A stretch of DNA of 64,000 nucleotides, from the NCBI GenBank assembly GCA_000002435.2, contig CM018790.1; one strand, written 5' to 3'. The DNA is from Giardia intestinalis. Its lineage: Eukaryota. Shown one piece after another: positions 29,501-40,170 of the stretch (position 1 is its first letter; every line of letters begins with the position of its first letter). The notes below the pieces were generated by a model. The model saw only the letters and a program-made list of their open reading frames with translations, was not told where the DNA came from and did no database searches. The translations under genes were made by a program, and so were the position numbers.

Positions 29501-30535
29501 GCTAGAGATGCTGGAAATATTATTCTTCTAGACAATAGCTTCAATAGCATTGTCACGGGAGTCATGGAGGGTCGCCTGATTTTCGAGAACCTCCGCAAGT
29601 CTCTAGCCTACACCATTACGTCAGCGGTTCCCCAACTGCTGCCCTTCCTACTCTTTGTCCTCTTCGGCTTCCCTAACGCCATGTCTAGCATAATGATCTT
29701 GCTTGTGGACGTCTTCAGCGACATCTGGCCAGCCTTTGCCATGGCCTATGAAGGCGAAGAAACCGATATAATGATAAGGCCTCCGCGTGATCTGAAGAAA
29801 GATACTCTTATCGATGGACGTTTGCTTGGTTTCGCCTACGGGCAGATGGGAATTATACAAGCCCTTGCACTCATATGTACGTTTATGTTAACGATCCTCT
29901 CTGAGATACGTGCCAGATTTATTTTCCAAGATGATACTAAAGTTGATCTTCTTAACACTACAAAACTGTTTGTTGATATCAAACACAGTGTGTTTCCTGA
30001 GCGGCTTGCAGGCTATATTAAGGACTTTCTGAGCAAGAACGGATCCACAATAGCAGACTCTTACAGAGGCTCTATTCCAATTAAAGACGCAAACGACCTA
30101 GATGCCATACGCAAAGTTGCTGACGATATATTTTATTACGGCCAAACCGCATCTTTCATCAGTGTTATAGAATCACAATTCTTTGATGCAATTGTGTCTA
30201 GGACGCGCCTAAACTCCATATTCAAGCAGAAAATGAACTGGATGATGCTAGGTGGGCTGTTCCTTCAGATAGGTCTTGCTGCTGCATTTGCGTACATCCC
30301 CATCTTCCACGTCGCGTTTCTAACTCGCTCCATATCTGGTATGTCCTGGGTATGGACACTTCCGTTCTGTGCCTTCATGTTCTTCTATGATGAAATGCGC
30401 AAGCTCGTTCTCCGTCTATGCAATCCAAACCGTATTTTCGATCCATCAAAGCCCAACGAGAGACGTCCCACTGGAAAGAGCGCTAAAGGAATTAATAAGC
30501 TTCGTGATAGGACGTGGAGATACTGGTCTTGGTAA
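26528..30535 (+). CDS. P-type cation-transporting ATPase, type IIC-like (Na+/K+- or H+/K+-ATPase alpha-subunit family), 1335 aa, with a Lys-rich insertion in the cytoplasmic N/P-domain linker.
   Basis: Phosphorylation motif [24 protein letters not shown], hinge [70 protein letters not shown]. The segment [10 protein letters not shown]...[41 protein letters not shown] is near-collinear with Na,K-ATPase alpha M5-M6. Confidence 0.85.
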   Translation: [1335 protein letters not shown]

Positions 30536-30593
30536 TGCGTTGTCTGGCTTCATGACTATCCTTCTATTGTTGTAAATTGATTCACGACTTAAG

Positions 30594-31637
30594 CTACACA
30601 ATTGTGCTTGACTTTGCGCCACAATTAAGTGAGAAAGACACCTTGATGATGCAATCAGAGTCAGTATTAGCAGAGCCTATCACGTCTCTTGTGTGTATGC
30701 AGATGGAACCATACTGCTGGTGCTTTAACTCTATTTGCATGCATAGCTCCTCGAGGTCTTTTTCAGATGGCCGGCTGTTGCTGTGAATGGTTAAAATGAC
30801 TGCACAGTGCATTCTCTGAAAGGGTCCTTTTAGATCTATTGTGCCCCGGCTAATTGATATTTCACGGAGATCCAGCATCCCAACTGCCAATGAGCCGAAG
30901 ATTAACGTTCCGTGTTCATTGGAGACGCGTAAGTACGGTATCGTGGCCATATAGCCCTTGTTTTTGATTAGCTTCGCAAGGTATGCGTGACATGGATAGG
31001 TCCTAAGGGCCCGGTTAGGGTAATATGATTTAAGCTTATAGTCTGCATGGGATAGCTGAAGGGATCGGCGCATTTGCATGTGCTCTTCTTTAAGTATCTG
31101 CGAACACAGCTGGGAACTTTGCATAAGCTGGCTCTGGCTCATGCAATCAGTAACAGTATCTAGCAGCTGTGAAACTTGCATAGTAGTTATGTGCTGGGTT
31201 GAACTGTCCATCTGTCGTCTAGAGCTTAGACATTCTGCAGTTGAAACAATCGATGCTATGTCAGGTTGCGAGAGCTGATTGGGTTGTTGAGGCAGTGGAA
31301 CCATGGAGGGTGACAGAGTTGGTTGATGAGGTGGCAGGATGTGATTTTGCCGTGGTAGCTCGTGCCATGCCGGCACAGATAAGTCTGTCTGCAGCTGAAC
31401 CTGTCTGCTATCCAATACGTCTAGATCCACTTGCTGCTCCTGATATTCTCCAGATTGCCCCGTATATTTGATAAGAAAAAGTGCGGGGGAGACGCTTGGC
31501 TGTTGACATGACTGTTGATGCTGATGCTGCTGTTCGAGAACTACGGGTGCAGGTGTATGTGCGGAACACAGGTGTATGTGCTCAAGCTGTGCTTCTGTAA
31601 AGGCACCTGCCAGATTGAAACTGAAGCTGTGAATCAT
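30594..31637 (-). CDS. Hypothetical protein (347 aa) with a Gln-rich N-terminal part.
   Basis: Clean ORF whose ATG at 31635-31637 lies 15 bp from the divergent neighbour's ATG. Confidence 0.5.
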   Translation of the reverse strand: MIHSFSFNLAGAFTEAQLEHIHLCSAHTPAPVVLEQQHQHQQSCQQPSVSPALFLIKYTGQSGEYQEQQVDLDVLDSRQVQLQTDLSVPAWHELPRQNHILPPHQPTLSPSMVPLPQQPNQLSQPDIASIVSTAECLSSRRQMDSSTQHITTMQVSQLLDTVTDCMSQSQLMQSSQLCSQILKEEHMQMRRSLQLSHADYKLKSYYPNRALRTYPCHAYLAKLIKNKGYMATIPYLRVSNEHGTLIFGSLAVGMLDLREISISRGTIDLKGPFQRMHCAVILTIHSNSRPSEKDLEELCMQIELKHQQYGSICIHTRDVIGSANTDSDCIIKVSFSLNCGAKSSTIV

Positions 31638-31652
31638 TCGTAAAAAAGATAA
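31638..31652. promoter_or_regulatory. 15-bp AT-rich spacer (cgtaaaaaagataa) separating two divergent start codons, i.e. a minimal bidirectional promoter.
   Basis: Both ATGs verified: minus-strand CAT at 31635-31637 and plus-strand ATG at 31653-31655. Confidence 0.45.
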
Positions 31653-34565
31653 ATGGAGCAGCTCAGTAATATTCTTTATGAGTACGCCACAAGTCCCAGC
31701 GAGCCCATAGCGTCAGTAGGAGAGTATCTAGCCAATCCTATTTCTTCTTCTGTATTAGAGAAAATCTTTTTGAATCTCGACACCTTTGCTGCTGAGTACA
31801 GCAACAAGGGGGAAGAGTTACTGGCGCGCGAAATTGTACTCTCGATCTTGCAGCGAGATGACTCATTTCTTAGCACCCCTGCCGGGATTGATAGACTAAG
31901 AGATTTATCTGGCAACTTGCTCTGCGAGATGTGCAGCCGGCTTCATCAGTGGGTAACGGAGGAGTCTGCGCTGACGGAAGAAGCACTTACGCTAGCCTCT
32001 AACCTCCTTGAGTTGAAGGCTGCAGTGGACACAGAGCTGATAAATATTACTGCAGAAAGGGATTTATTGGTCGCATACACTACTCCATACGTGCTCGTTC
32101 AAATATCGTCACGGCTTGAGTTTACAATCGACGTTCTTAACAAGCTGCTAGCTTTACAAGAGAAACGTGAACGTGTTATGGCTCACAGGCGGCGTGACGA
32201 GTGCACTGCGGCCATTGAGTTATCAAATATTTATGCAGAGGATCTGGTATCATTTTCTTTATTGATTAAGATTCCTCTTGACGAACTACATAGACATGTA
32301 CCTCCGCTAGATCAAATGTCACACAATCAGATCCAGAGTAGCTACTTTGCAGAGCTAATCGGGGCTTCAGACAAAGGTATCGATGTGCTAATTAATATCC
32401 TCTCTCGGGGGATCGCCTTCATAGAAGTATCTTCTGTGACATCTACCTTTCATAGTTACATCATGACAAAGCTCCAGAATTCGTCTTCATTTGAAGATAT
32501 CCTCTGGGTATATACCTTTGTGCATCGAGCTGTGCACGAGAAAGCTCTTGAAGTTATCCGTGTTTCCTTTTTTACTGCTGGTAGCAAAGTATTTGAAGAA
32601 GTATCCAAGGCAATGGTCAGAGTTAGAGATAAGCAGACTTATGCCACTCTTAGTTGTGCAGACATTTTCAAAGAGCACATAAACAATGCGATTCTTCTTT
32701 TTCTGATCCAGCACTATACTAACTTTCTTTTGACACATTGTTTCTCCCTCTCTGAAGATGAAGTAGGTGCCTCTACAACAAGACTATCAATGGCCATCAG
32801 TACCTGCATTGATAATCTGACTCTTAGTGCATATATGAAGATGCGCAGCCTTTTTCTGGCTGATCTCTTCGTCAATGCATTTGACACTTATTACGAGCTT
32901 CTCGAGAGTATGGAGATGCCATGGATTGTACTGTCCACTTTGAGAGGTAATGGCTTTGATAGCACTAACATCCTTTTGGAGCTATCTCAACAGAGTGGCG
33001 GCCCCAATGATATTAGGACACTTGTTGTGCCTATTCTCCTCAAGCATATCAAGAATGACAGTTGCTACGACCAAAAGGTGCTTGCGTTTCGTTCTATCTT
33101 TGACCCACAGTGGCACTCCTCCTTTCACAAACGAGGGGAGTACTATATTCATAGATCTAGCGCGACCAGGTCTCTGGTGGATTGCGTAGTTGTACTTGAG
33201 TGTGCAGTAGATATTCTTACACATGATAAACTGCAGAAGGCAGCCATGCTTGTAGATGCAGTTCAACAGCTTGCATTTCGAATTCTTCTCTTCCATATCT
33301 TCAGAGAGTCTAAGATTCCTTACACAGCAATGCAATGCAGTATCAGGACAAAGTTTCAAACCTATGCCACCAGCATCCACCAGCGCTTGACAGATAGCCT
33401 CTTTGTTGACAGTTCTCGGCTAGGGCCTGGCTCAGAGCACATATTGTTAGGCTTGCTACGTGAATACTCATTAACAATCTCTAACATTTTCCAGCACTCC
33501 AAGAAGTATACATTATTGACAGATGCAACGGGCATAACGCTTCGAGAAAGCTTGGCAGAAACAGTTGAGGAGCTAAACGCGTACTATCTTCTTCAGAATA
33601 TAATTCATAGTATATCCGAAAAATTATATCTTGAGACCCAAATGCCTGCAGCTTATGACCGTGACAAGCAACAGCATTCTGAGGACCCCAAGGACTTGTC
33701 TGCTACAGAGGAATTACCACCACCCCAGCCAGTGGAAGATGGGCAGATTGCTTGTGATGAGAGTGATATATTTGCATCAGAGTCATGTAACCCCTCTATG
33801 CTTACATCAACAAGCCAGCCGCTCGCTGACTCCGCCATGTTATCCATAAGGTCTTTGCAATCTGTTTATGCTGCTATTGAGTCGGTGATACAGAGTATTA
33901 TAGCAAGCGAATTGAATAGAAACTTCAATCTTGTTGAGATAATGTACACAACTATTAAGAATGCAGCTGGGGAATATCGAAAAGAGGCAAAGGTAGACCG
34001 AGCAAGTAAAACAGTATATTCCAGCAAGCTTATTTCAACTCTGAAAAATAATTTCTATAACTTACGATTTGGCGTTTTAGCAACCCAAAGCAGCATCAGT
34101 GTCTCTAGTACTGATTCTGTTCTCAGCATAGTTACTCCTCCAACTGGCTCTGTGGGGCGCCCAACTTGTTCCCTTTTTAACTATCAGTTTTATAATGCGT
34201 TTGTAATACATGCATGTCAATGCTTCATAGCATCTGCTAGCAGCATTCCAGTGTACACTGCATACGGCAGAACGTGTCTAATGTATGACTATTGCAGCCT
34301 TCACAGCTTCCTTAACAGCGTCCTTCCAGATTTTTGCTTACAGAGAGTTGAGATACAGCAACACTTTGAACTCGTGCGCTCTTACATAGATCTCTATTTT
34401 GGAAGTACGGATGACATACGCGTCGCTATCTCCACTAATAAGTTTGGAGTTGGTCCATTGTTAGCACTGATCAGAACGGGGCTGGCTTGTCGCCTGACTT
34501 CGGCACAGATCGACTCTCTAGTTCTTGAGCTACCTAGCTCATTGCAAGAAAGACAATCTACTTAA
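31653..34565 (+). CDS. Hypothetical protein, 970 aa, no recognisable domain.
   Basis: Uninterrupted 2.9-kb ORF. Confidence 0.55.
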   Translation: MEQLSNILYEYATSPSEPIASVGEYLANPISSSVLEKIFLNLDTFAAEYSNKGEELLAREIVLSILQRDDSFLSTPAGIDRLRDLSGNLLCEMCSRLHQWVTEESALTEEALTLASNLLELKAAVDTELINITAERDLLVAYTTPYVLVQISSRLEFTIDVLNKLLALQEKRERVMAHRRRDECTAAIELSNIYAEDLVSFSLLIKIPLDELHRHVPPLDQMSHNQIQSSYFAELIGASDKGIDVLINILSRGIAFIEVSSVTSTFHSYIMTKLQNSSSFEDILWVYTFVHRAVHEKALEVIRVSFFTAGSKVFEEVSKAMVRVRDKQTYATLSCADIFKEHINNAILLFLIQHYTNFLLTHCFSLSEDEVGASTTRLSMAISTCIDNLTLSAYMKMRSLFLADLFVNAFDTYYELLESMEMPWIVLSTLRGNGFDSTNILLELSQQSGGPNDIRTLVVPILLKHIKNDSCYDQKVLAFRSIFDPQWHSSFHKRGEYYIHRSSATRSLVDCVVVLECAVDILTHDKLQKAAMLVDAVQQLAFRILLFHIFRESKIPYTAMQCSIRTKFQTYATSIHQRLTDSLFVDSSRLGPGSEHILLGLLREYSLTISNIFQHSKKYTLLTDATGITLRESLAETVEELNAYYLLQNIIHSISEKLYLETQMPAAYDRDKQQHSEDPKDLSATEELPPPQPVEDGQIACDESDIFASESCNPSMLTSTSQPLADSAMLSIRSLQSVYAAIESVIQSIIASELNRNFNLVEIMYTTIKNAAGEYRKEAKVDRASKTVYSSKLISTLKNNFYNLRFGVLATQSSISVSSTDSVLSIVTPPTGSVGRPTCSLFNYQFYNAFVIHACQCFIASASSIPVYTAYGRTCLMYDYCSLHSFLNSVLPDFCLQRVEIQQHFELVRSYIDLYFGSTDDIRVAISTNKFGVGPLLALIRTGLACRLTSAQIDSLVLELPSSLQERQST

Positions 34566-36102
34566 TTGCCTTTCAAACTTTTAAACTACGTATATCCTAT
34601 ACGTATTTTTCAGATAGCATGACTGATAAGGCTTCTCTTTGTCCCATCTGAGATCGGAGAACCCGACCGTACCACACTTCGCGAAGATGTGTTTGTCTCA
34701 AACAGCATCAGGGTCACATATTCACCAGAAGAGGACGGGGGTTTGCCTGATGAAGAAGGCGACGTGTCCTCTGAGGCTCGATACAGACCCCGCTTGCTAG
34801 CTGCTACTGTGACAGGCCTATGTGTGCTTGCTGCCGCATTTCTTGGGGGAGCATTCAAGGAGTAGAGAAACCCATATCTTATACTGAGAAAGGCCGAAGA
34901 GAGGGTCTCAGATACAGGTGAAAGGATCCTTCCTTCAAAGATACTTTAGTAACACTGGTGTAGACAGAAGCCAAGAAGGCTGAATCTAATTTGGATAGTT
35001 ATGTCATTGTAACACCACCCAATAGCTTGCTGAGAATTAGGACTTTGCCAGTGGGGTGTGTGGTTGTGCTTGAAGTTGAGCCACACGGAGTTGATGGTTA
35101 GACTACAAAGTAGTCGAGTTGAAGCTGTTACAACTCCAGCGTATGGGAAGAATGCAAGTGGGCGAGTTGATCACTCGTTAGCTGTTCTATCCTTGGCCAA
35201 ACCACTTGGCCGTTCGCGTTCATCCTGTATATAAGATAGTGAATGCGCATGTAACCCTCAAGAAATGCTTTATGGGAGAAGCAGTGTAAGCGTATCGAGG
35301 AACAGAAGCACGGAGACTTCTCTTAGCTACATCAAGCAAATGCTAAAGAGGGCTGCTAGTCGGAGAGTGCTTTTGGATCTGCAGTAGGATGGCGAGCAGG
35401 CATCTCTCTTGTGGAGCCGTGTGATGCCCGTTATTTGGCATGCAAAGAAGATACCATCAGGCTTAGCCAGAAACAGCCGAACAGCCTTTCATATGGTCTA
35501 CCGGAGTCATTCAATACACAAAGACGAGGCACTGTCTCATTACCACAGCGGTCTTGACAAACCCAGGCGTGCAAATGCCAACAATGCAAGCGGGACAAGT
35601 ACCATATCGATAGAGACTTGGATCTCAAAAGCAAACAGAGAGCACCGACCGCTACAGCGTGTGCTTATGCTGTCATGTATCTAACACCAGCAAGTATAAT
35701 TAGTAACAGGTCACTTGTAGGGAGTCATTGACTGCAGTGTAGCAGTGAGCAAAAGATCTAGCGTCCATTATTTGTGATTCTTAAATGCGCGAACGTTGTT
35801 CACAGTTAATAGACTACTCCGAAGGTGCCAGGCACCGAAGAATGTACGGCTAGACGTGGCGGCCACAAATCATGTACAGAAACATCAAACTAAAAAGTAG
35901 GCGGTTACGGGCGACTTTCATGGATGCATTCAAGGAATGACTGAGGCATTGTTAGGCCTGCATAATGTATCTATCGCAGGAGAGATACAGGAGCTGATAG
36001 ACACGTAGCTTACTACAATAAGTCGACAAGCAAAGCGTGGTTCAGGAGGATGCGAACCACTGTTGCATATATTAGGTTGTTGGGTTATGCCCATAAGCAT
36101 CC

Positions 36103-39100
36103 TGTGGACCGAGGCCTGCGCTCCTACACTACAGTGCAGCGGGCGGACGAGGCAGAGCCTGAATGGTATCGGAATTCCGGGGCAAGGGCTGAGCCGCGAC
36201 TGAGAGAGCAGCCTGCAGAGGGTGGAGCATAGCTCTCTGCTAACTCGAGGCGGCACAACCTGGCAATAGGACGGCTAATCCAGCCGTATTGACGTCTGAT
36301 AGACGCACCGAATACGCACTTCATGACCTCCGAATATCGTATGATGTGTGCTGGACAAGGGCCTCCCGGTGCACTTCGAGGACAGGACTGTTTAGCTAAA
36401 GCTAGAAGAGCGGTTGAGTCGTTCCCATCGGCGGCGGATGCTGCCCTGTGGACGCATATTTAAGGCTGCATCCCTTCGACTGAGCAGACAGCCGCTGGGT
36501 TACGTGCGAGCGGCCCAGGGTCTCGCCTGCCGCCTGTCCGGGCCAGTCAGCAGCTAGACTCGACATGCAGATGGAAGCCATGATAACGGACGCCGTCACG
36601 GAGGTCCGCCGTTTACTACTAGAACGGACGTGTCCGTGGCGGCCACCGTCTCCTAGAACAGCGCCCCCCCGCACAGGGCCGGCTATGTCGCGCCAGCTTG
36701 CTCGATAAGGGGCATGGGGGTCCCTTACGACGCCCTTCGGCATCTGCCGTGTCATAGGTACCCATGGCCACGAGCAGCTCAAGGGACGCAGCTATGTGGG
36801 CAGGGTAGCGTATTCATGGAGGGGCAGCTGCTTCACCTGTGCATGGCGGCGCCGGCCAGCACGTCTAGCTGCCCCACTGGCGACCACTCCTTCCCTGTGC
36901 TTGCCACAATGGGAGAGCACGTGCGCCCGTAGACCGGCAGATGCCGTGCTGGTCCTCTCGAGCAGTAGGCGCATCCTTGCGTGACATTCAGCGTGGACCA
37001 GATACCATGACCTGGGCCATCGCTACTGGCAAAGCAAGTGCTGATTGCAGCAGGGACGCCCGCCGCCCTCCAAGATAGACCAGCAACTTGCGTGTGAGGC
37101 TAGCGATGGGGCCTGCGCACCAGCTGCTATGAGCCCAGCCTTCCGGGCATCTAGATCACAGCACACTCGTCAAAGATGCACACTCATTTGCATACTCGCT
37201 GCTAGCGTTGGACAACTGCGAGGTGTCTGTCTCCGGCCGCGCTTGCCTTAGTGCTGGTCCCTGGTGATACGCCTCAGCCGAGGAGGCTATCCGTACGCGG
37301 CAGTTCCCGGAGAGAAGGCAGGGGTGACCGGCGGGCCAGGGAGATAGGACTAGCACTAGCGAGTCCAGCCATCGGCCCGGGTTGCACAAAGGACGCCTGT
37401 AGTGCCTCCCCGGCTTCTGAGCATGGAAGGGCTGTGGGGTCTGCAGATGAGACGGACGCTGTCTTTTGATTTTATGTGTTTGTAGCAGCATAGTATTTAT
37501 CGGGGTCTGCTCTGTCTGAAACCGAGAACATTCGCTTTCTTTCCTTATACAGGCTGGGATCGATTGTAGAGGTGTGCTGTGCAAACCGGTGGCAGTCAGC
37601 GTATCTACTATCCAAACGGATACTGCCTGCGTCCTCTTGTGGCAGACCACCACCAGGGCTCCAATCTGCACATCTGTTCTGGCATCTGTCGGCCAATCAT
37701 CACCTCCTGTCGAAGGATTGCTATACGTCACATATCTTGAGTCGTTCATCGACCAGGTGGTGCCATAAGCTCTTGTCTCCTACTTGTCCACCCGATGCTT
37801 ACTCTGAGCGCCGTCAATTCACTCACGTCTGCACTACTCATCTGGGTGCCCCCTACTCTTCAAGAGCACATGCCCGCAACCGATGCTCCGTATTACGAGA
37901 GGAGCCAGCCGGGCCACTGCGCTGTGCATAGCTCTCATGGGCGTATTGTTATGCGCGCCCAGCCTTTCCACCTGTAAGCTGTCACGCGGTCACATGTGCG
38001 CCAGCGCCGCCGAGCTTTCGTGGTCTCGAGGGGCCCCTGATGCATGGAGCGCTTGCGCAAAGTCCTTCCACCACTGACCCAAGCCGACCCCTCGCAAGAT
38101 CCTCAGCGGAGTTGCATCCGAGATGTGTGCTTGCATTGCTGTCCAGGTGCATGTGCCGGCCCTGGTGCTTCTCACAAGCTTGCGAGCATCAATCTGGCCT
38201 CTACCGAACCGTATCAGAAATCAACGTCAAGACGTGATCCCCTCAGTCAGGCTCTGCAGGCTCCCAGAGCTACGCACCAAAGGGCCGTTCTTCTTTGGTT
38301 GTGCAGTGTGGGGAGATCCATCGAGCTACCACACCCTTTCTGTGTGGCGTGGTTTACGACGGGGGACGGGATCCCTGTGCTCATTGTCTATCTGCCCAGG
38401 GCCAGCCACAGCCCGGGTTGACAATGACAAGCGAACATCGCCCGGCTCCTTGTCAGCAGGTGGGAACTTCCGCCACCCCAGTACCCACAGCAACGGGTGC
38501 CGATCACTGGCAGAAGGACAAGACACCCAGGCTCCCGTTCCTTCCACTGATGGTAGCCCACTATGAAGAGCCCTTTGCCGCCTGCACCAACAACCTCAGG
38601 CACTGTGGGTCCAAGTACTTCCATAGTGGACAGCGGTAGCACTATGATGATCTGGGGTGACAGGAGTCCTAGTTCACTGGCTCAGGAGACAGCACGCTTT
38701 GGGTAGTGCTTCCATCTTGTCCAGATCTGGGAGGGCTGGCTGCCTTCTGAGCCCACCTGGCACCTTGTCAGGTGATGGAGTGTCTTAAAGTATTCATTAC
38801 AAAAGATCAGAAATAGCGCCATGCATTCCCAATAGATCAGAGCGTCTCACGAGCTACTCTATGCTGATTCACACCTTTCATGGACCCTAGCGACCACTGT
38901 AACCTTCTTTCGGGATCTCGCAAGGGACTGTCCTTGAGTGCGATTCCCCCACGACAGCCGGAAGTCGCAGACATAATCCAAAGGGATGAGAGTACTACAG
39001 AGGCTGAGAGGAGAGTGCCGATGCACAGGGGTCCGCAGAGACCCGACTCGTACAGGGAAGGCGTGGATGCTGGCTCTCCAGGGATGTAGAGACACCAGGA

Positions 39101-40170
39101 AAGGAGCCGGCAGTGGGGCTTAGGCGCAGCAAAGGCACCCGATTCGTTCTCTGATTGGCCGCGAGGCAGCAGGCACATGGGGCGGCATCACCGCTTGTTT
39201 TTGGATTTTCTGTTTCCCTGCGCGTTGTGCAGGGGTCCGTAGTGGTTTGAGTATCACAGGCTACACATAGTAGATGCGTTTACTACCTAAGTCATATCTA
39301 AATCTATGCCTTTCCGCGGCAGAGGAACCACCAGCAGAGGAAGCCGACGAGGCCCCCGACGATGATGACAGCGGCCACGGCGATGCCTGCAATGGCGCCG
39401 GTAGAAAGGCCACTCTTGTTCGTGCTTCCGCCGGCACTGTCACCGTTCATGAGGTAGCAGAGGACGGAGCCTTGATTATTAGATGGAGGAGCGCAGCTCA
39501 TGCAGCCAGTAACTCCCTTGACACTTCCACTGTTGCTGTCACACGAAGTGCATGGTCCAGCTGCTGATCCGACCATATAGTACCCAGCTGCGCATGACGT
39601 ACACTTATCAGAGCTATCTGCAGTCGAGCATGTCTTGCAGGTCGAATGACACGAGGGGCATGCTCCATTATTGGGCTGAAGACCATTGGCACATGTTTCG
39701 CACTCACCCTTGCTATCAGCTAATGTGCATATCTGTTTGCCTGGCTGCTTGGTAGTTTCATAGCAGCCGCCTTCCTTGAGGAAGTAGTTAGCGGCGCATT
39801 TGGTACATGCTCCATTATTCATTTCAGTACAGAAAGCTACTCGTGCGTTACTTGTTGTACAGACCCCGTTCAGAGGAGCCTGATTATCCACTGAGCACTG
39901 GGAGCAGTAGTCTGTCCCGCCGATCCTTGCCCCACAGACCTTACATCCGTTCTTGTCCGCCGTACACGCATCCCCGCAGGTGCCCCCTTGCATAGGATCA
40001 CTACTTTTGTATATTAATGCCTTGCCAGCAGGACAAGCACTACACTGATTGTTGGCTGGCCCAACGCACTCAGCGCACTCAGGGCTGCATGCCTTACACT
40101 TCCTGTCAGTATCTCCATAGTATCCGCTGATGGCCGTGCAGTCGGATACGCACTGATTTGTTGGAGTGAG
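36103..40170. repeat. Left arm of a ~4.07-kb near-perfect inverted duplication (partner 43644-47711), covering the VSP 3' coding end, its poly(A) signal and ~3.2 kb of GC-rich ORF-poor DNA.
   Basis: Every ORF in this arm has an identical-sequence mirror ORF in the right arm with coordinate sum 83814 (e.g. 38837-39178(-) = 44636-44977(+), 37156-37749(-) = 46065-46658(+)). The outer junction was read directly (left ...catcctGTGGACC vs right GGTCCACacttc). The inner junction is at ggagtgag|gtagttcc. Confidence 0.9.
39278..39284 (-). terminator. Poly(A) signal AGTAAAC downstream of the left VSP copy (mirror of 44530-44536).
   Basis: Mirror of the right-arm signal, lying within the inverted duplication. 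Confidence 0.5.

Noticed and set aside
36103-39303. Dozens of 60-197-aa ORFs mirrored in both inverted arms (e.g. 37156-37749 / 46065-46658).
   Set aside because: They are present symmetrically on both strands, low-complexity (R/P/S/A-rich), overlapping one another, and typical of GC-rich non-coding DNA. None has a recognisable domain.
36103-39303. Possibility that the GC-rich arm interior is rDNA (Giardia rDNA is subtelomeric and GC-rich).
   Set aside because: No match by eye to conserved SSU/LSU cores (e.g. GTGCCAGCAGCCGCGGTAAT is not present). GC content is elevated but far below the ~75% of Giardia rDNA.
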